DNA from: the human T2T-CHM13v2.0 reference genome, Homo sapiens
NCBI RefSeq assembly: GCF_009914755.1
Contig: NC_060946.1
Strand: one strand, 5' to 3'
DNA: 64,000 nt
In this document: positions 59,468-64,000 of the stretch, one piece after another
Layout: every line of letters starts with the position of its first letter
How positions within the stretch are numbered: position 1 is the stretch's first letter
Translations under genes and position numbers: made by a program
Notes under the pieces: model-generated
What the model was told of the DNA's origin: nothing
The model's input: the letters and a program-made list of their open reading frames with translations, nothing else
The model's database searches: none

Positions 59468-60119
59468 CTCTTCCTATCCTTTGTTCATGGAGTGCCTCCT
59501 ATGTGTGGCCCTGTGTGAGGTGCTTTTTGAATAAGTAGCCTCAGCAGAGAGACAGCAGCTCACTTCATGCAGGTTGGCCGGAGGTAGCAAGGGTCATCAA
59601 GTCAGCGTGTGGGAAGTACCCTAAGCACAGTAGGTGCTCATGAACAGTAGCTTCTTTTAGAACAACTTGCCTATTATCAGATGGCCTCTCTGGGAGCCTG
59701 AGAGCCAGTGTTGGGGGGTAGAAGGTGGGGGAAGGGGAGAAAGCTGGGGTGGGGAAAGAAAAAATGTGATTAAATTTTAGGAAAAACGTCCTGAAAGGCA
59801 AACTGTGCAAAGATGGAAGGGACAAGCTCCCTGTCAGTATCAGGAGGCCAATGGAGCCCTGGTGGCCCTGGAACCAGGACCAGCTTTGGGACCTGAAGCC
59901 AGAGGATGTGAGGATTCAGAGGGCGTCCTCTTGAGGTTAGGGTGGGCCAGGCCCCAGAGCTTGGAGCAAGCAGCTTGGGGGAAAGGACCAGGCCGGGCCC
60001 AGGCAGGTGGAAGCCATGGCTCTGGCCGGGTCACAGGGCGGCTGGGGTTTGACCTGGCGGCCATGATGGGCTCTGGACCCAGGAGCCACCCGGGCACAGG
60101 ATGGGACGGGTTGAGAGAT

Positions 60120-60820
60120 TGGTCGTCCAGGCGTTGAGTGTGCCCTCGCTCCTCCCCACCTTCCGCCGTGGCCTTGAGCCCCTTGCGCCCGCGCCCATGG
60201 GGTTAAATCTCTCCCTGTCTCTCTCTGCTCCAAGTTGTTTTCCAAGTGAGGCAGAGAATGGTTCTCTTGTTACCAACATGGCTTCTGGGCATTGGGTAAT
60301 GCGCTCCCTCTTCTCCCGCAGCGCCACAAAGGGACCTTTTGTTCCCCTCCCTGCCCCTCTCGCTGGCTCTTCCCGGCCCCCCACCCACCCAAACTCCCTC
60401 CTCCCCCCGCCGGCGCCCGCACCCCGGGGCTGCGCGCTGACCGTGGCGGCCGCGGCGCCCTCCCTCTCCCAGCGCCTGCACTGGCGGCCGCCATCTTGCG
60501 AGCGGCCCTCAGGGCGGCCTGGGCTTTCCCAGGGTTCTCGGGGCCGGGGCAGTCGTAGGGGGCGGCTGGGGCTCCACAGGACGTTCGTGACCCACCTTGC
60601 GCCCCCCAGGGAGTGGCAGGACCCTCCCGTCCCCAGCCTCCGCGCCAGGCCTCGTCCCTGCATGGGACAAGAGGCAGCCCTCCGCCATTTCCCGCGGCCC
60701 TTGCCTCCCGGGAGCGGCTCCCCTCTGACGACTGAGTGGACTGCGCTTGAGGGGGCCGCCGCTGGGAACCAGCCCCTCCAGAAAGAGCCGTCTCTGCACC
60801 CGCTCCCACCCGTGGGAAGC
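60120..60820. promoter_or_regulatory. Orphan CpG island overlapping distal enhancer
   Basis: Dense CG dinucleotides and high GC, with no recognisable protein-coding exon. Confidence 0.75.
60200..60520. promoter_or_regulatory. SOX10 distal enhancer, likely U1/MCS7 orthologue (about 54 kb upstream)
   Basis: SOXE dimer ACAAAG-N5-TTTTGT 60326-60342, a second imperfect pair AGAATG-N4-TCTTGT 60255-60270 and YY1 motif GCCGCCATCTTG 60487-60498. Name inferred from distance and motifs. Confidence 0.75.
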
Positions 60821-61606
60821 ACCAGATGGGGCTGTCTCCCGAGACAAAGCCTAAAACCAAATGTACCGGAATTTTTGGAAACTGAAACACAACTTGTCCT
60901 AGATAGGAATGTCAGGAAGCCAGCGAGAGAATGAAGAGTCTGCCGTCCGGGGACACAATTTCTGTCCACTGTCCCTGCCCACGTCCCCTCACAGCCCTGC
61001 AAGGTGGGTGGGGACGGCTGATGATGCCATTTTCAGATGAGGAAACTGAGGCACAGAGAGGCTCCACAGCCAGGACTGGGCGCTCATCCAGTTGACTCCA
61101 GGGCAGATCCTCTCTTCCCAGGGCAGCCACCCCCGCCTTGTGAGAGCCGGTGCCCGGGGGAGGGGAAGGATGGAGACCTGGGCAGTTCACCCAGGCCCAG
61201 GAGCCAGAGCCCTGGCAGGTTGTACGCAGCTGCTCCCAAGAGGCACCCCTTCCACCCCTGCACCAGCCCTGCCTCCACAGAGGCGCAAAGGAAGCAAAGG
61301 CACTGCTGGCGAAGAACCTTGGCATTCCAGCCGCGCACAGACACCCAGAGAGGAAACCCGAGCACCCGGAACTGGACGGGGTGGCGGGCAGGGGCAGGGC
61401 GAGGGCCATTGAGTTCAGCGAGACCCTGGCGGCCCTCAAGGAAGACAGGCAAATCAGTGAAGAGCCCCTGTGCTGCAAGAGGGGGCCTGGGCTACCCAGG
61501 AGCGCCTAACCTGAAGTTGGGAAAGGAAGGCTTCCTGGAGGAGGTGACTGTGAATAAAGTCTCAAGAGACAGTAAAAGTTCTGCAGGCAATGAAAATGAG
61601 AAATGG

Positions 61607-61925
<319 letters not shown>

Positions 61926-62564
61926 AATTGAGAAAAGGGTAGGAAAGCAGATGTGAATGGCAAAACTGGTGGGGAGAGGCACCCCAGGCCATGGGCTGGA
62001 GCAGAGGGCCTGGCAGGGGTGGTGGGAGAGGCAGCAGGGGGAAGAGCAGTCAGCAAAGTGGCTACAGAGGTCAGCAGGGAGCTCCTGAGGACCAAGGGTG
62101 GCCTGGGAAGGTCTGGGGACTAGATCCTGAGGGCAGTGGGGTGGTCACTGTAGGATTTCAAGGGAGTCAGATTTGTGTTCTAGAAAGGTTGTCACCATAT
62201 GGCCTGACCATATGCCAGTCTGGTTCATTACTGTTTTCCTAGCACCTAGCTCAGTGCCAGCACACAGTAGATGTTCAGTAAATGCTTTGAATCAATACAC
62301 AGATGCCAGCGGTGTATCCAGAGGCAATGGTTAACTCCTGTGGGGGTCCTTCAGCTTCAGTTTCCTCCTTTGTGAACGAGGGCACTGGCACCTGCCTGGT
62401 GGGCATGTTGTGATGGTGAAGGGAGCATGGCAGTTTGGGCTTGCTGTCCTGCACACGGTCAGCGCTCTGTAATGGCAGCTTTTATAAAACGTGTGGAGGA
62501 TGTGCCAAGGGGAACATGGGGGCAAGGACCCTGGACAGGAGTGGTCAAGTCAGCCAGAGGAGAG

Positions 62565-62730
62565 AGAATAATGATGACAACAGTGACGTTGATCAAAGGC
62601 TGAAGTTCTTCATGTATTTCATTCATGTCATCCTCAACACAGTGAAGGAAGACGGCACCGTAGTTATCCCTGTGTTATTTTCCAGGAGGCGGCGGCTCAG
62701 AGAGGAGTGACTCGCCTGAAGCCCCGTGAA
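62565..62730 (-). mobile_element. MIR remnant supplying the 62686 splice acceptor
   Basis: cattcatgtcatcctcaacac...gttatccctgtgttattttccaggaggcggcggctcagagagg resembles antisense MIR core attatccccattttacagatgaggaaactgaggctcagagagg. Confidence 0.55.
62686..62710 (+). CDS. POLR2F: Coding start of distal terminal exon of POLR2F read-through isoforms (RRRLREE-stop)
   Basis: Acceptor gttattttccag|G at 62685/62686, then AGG CGG CGG CTC AGA GAG GAG TGA; phase compatible with the 7770-7928 exon. Gene assignment is from recall. Confidence 0.55.
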
Positions 62731-63289
62731 CAATGCATGGTGGACGGAAGTACATGGAATGCCAGAGCCAGGCTGGTGACTAGTGCTGGTGGTGGGGACT
62801 GGTCAAGGCGGCCGCCAGGGAAGGGATGTGAGGACACGGTCTAGACTGATGGACCAGATGGCGGGGGCAGGCACAGGGGGAGGGAGGTTTCCAGGACACC
62901 CCTCAGTTTCTGGCCCAGGTGACCAGGTGGAAGGTCATTCCATCTCCTGAGTGAGGGACACAGCAGGACAGACAGGCTTGGGGAGGGACTGTTGGGATGT
63001 CTGGAGTCTAGGAGAGGATCCAGGCGGGGGATGGAGGGGAGGGCGGAATGAGCTCATGGGGCAAGTGGAAGGCTTGTGGGCGGTGGAAAAGCTCCAGCCC
63101 CCGGACACCTAGCCAAGGTCAAGTAATAACGACAGTAGACGTTACATAGCCTTGACTCTGTACAGACCTCATCCTGCATCCTTACGTTAACTCATTGAAC
63201 CCTCCCAACCATTATCAAATTGGAGGTACCATTATCACCCCCATTTTATAGTTGGGGAAACTGAGGCAAGAGACATTAAGTCTGCAATA

Positions 63290-63530
63290 TTGGAATAGGC
63301 AAATCTGTAGAGAAAGGAATGTGGGTGAGTGGTGGGCTGGGGCTGGGGGCTGGGAAGGATCATGGCTAACGGGCACAGGCTTTCTTTTTTGGGTGATGAA
63401 AATATTCTAAAATGACTGTGAAAATATTGCACAACTCTGTGAACATGTGAAAACCCACTGAACTGTATGCTCTAACTGTATGAATTGTATGGTATTTGAA
63501 TTTCACCTCAATAAAGCTGTTATCAAAAAG
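63290..63530 (+). mobile_element. Old L1M 3' terminal fragment
   Basis: aataggcaaatct...ttttgggtgatgaaaatattctaaaa...cacaactctgtgaa...gaattgtatggtat...ctcaataaagctgtt. Confidence 0.8.
63510..63530 (+). terminator. PolyA signal AATAAA, probable 3' end of plus-strand read-through transcript
   Basis: ctcAATAAAgctgttatcaaaaag at the 3' end of an old L1 fragment, about 820 nt after the 62686 acceptor. Confidence 0.5.
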
Positions 63531-64000
63531 CAAGAGAGAGAGAAAGAGAATATTTGTACTTGGACATTTTTGCCCCTGGGTGGAGATTACTCCACCTCAG
63601 GAAGCAGTAAACCCCAACCACCAATTTTTGGAGGCTTGCTGCATATGACTTTGGGGAGGAGTTGGGGAAGGATGGGGTAGGATAGTGTCTCAACTGCTCT
63701 TCCTGGAGGAACGAGGGCCCAGCCAGCAGATCACCCAGAAGTTTGGTGCCCCAGCCCCTCCTAGAGGAACCCTGGTGTCTGCTTGGGTCCAGGAGCACAC
63801 AGTGGCTGCCTTCCTCCGGGTCCTCCTGGTCCCTGCAGGTCATGGGCTGGAGGCCCCGGAGGATCTCTGTGATGGTCACACTTGGCTCCTCCCTCCACAA
63901 CCCAACTGAGGCCGGGAGGCCCAGGGTGCCCTGGTGCCCAGGTGCCCAGGGGCTGTGACTGACCCATGGCCTGTGCCAGGATGGGCACTGTGAAGAGGCT

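Noticed and set aside
60031-61002. Overlapping 323-aa (-) and 277-aa (+) ORFs
   Set aside because: Explained by stop-codon scarcity in a CpG island; Pro/Gly/Arg/Ala-rich with no domain.

Overview
Eukaryotic (human-type primate) genomic DNA: the 5' half of SOX10 on the minus strand plus about 58 kb of its upstream cis-regulatory domain (chr22q13.1; locus recognised from the protein sequence). Visible parts of SOX10 are the first coding exon (4979-5490, ATG at 5406, SOXE dimerisation region and N-terminal half of the HMG box), non-coding exon 1 (5961 to about 6177) and a TATA-less promoter. Upstream lie the MIR4534 hairpin and several motif-dense islands with head-to-head SOXE dimer sites at about 20.3, 38.2, 48.3 and 60.3 kb, which fit the known SOX10 enhancer series. 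Two plus-strand exons (7770-7928 and 62686 to about 63530) fit the long read-through isoforms of POLR2F. The rest is dense Alu/MIR/L1/L2/hAT repeat, and nearly all other ORFs in the track are spurious. I found no convincing new multi-gene system. The best leads are (1) a SOX10 5' leader open and in frame with the CDS, with strong-context CUG codons, (2) a 214-bp, 93.5%-identical non-Alu inverted duplication with a template-switch-like junction, and (3) an antisense read-through unit whose terminal exon takes its splice acceptor from a MIR and its polyA signal from an L1. Repeat boundaries and subfamily calls are by eye and approximate. Enhancer names and isoform identities come from recall and were not looked up.
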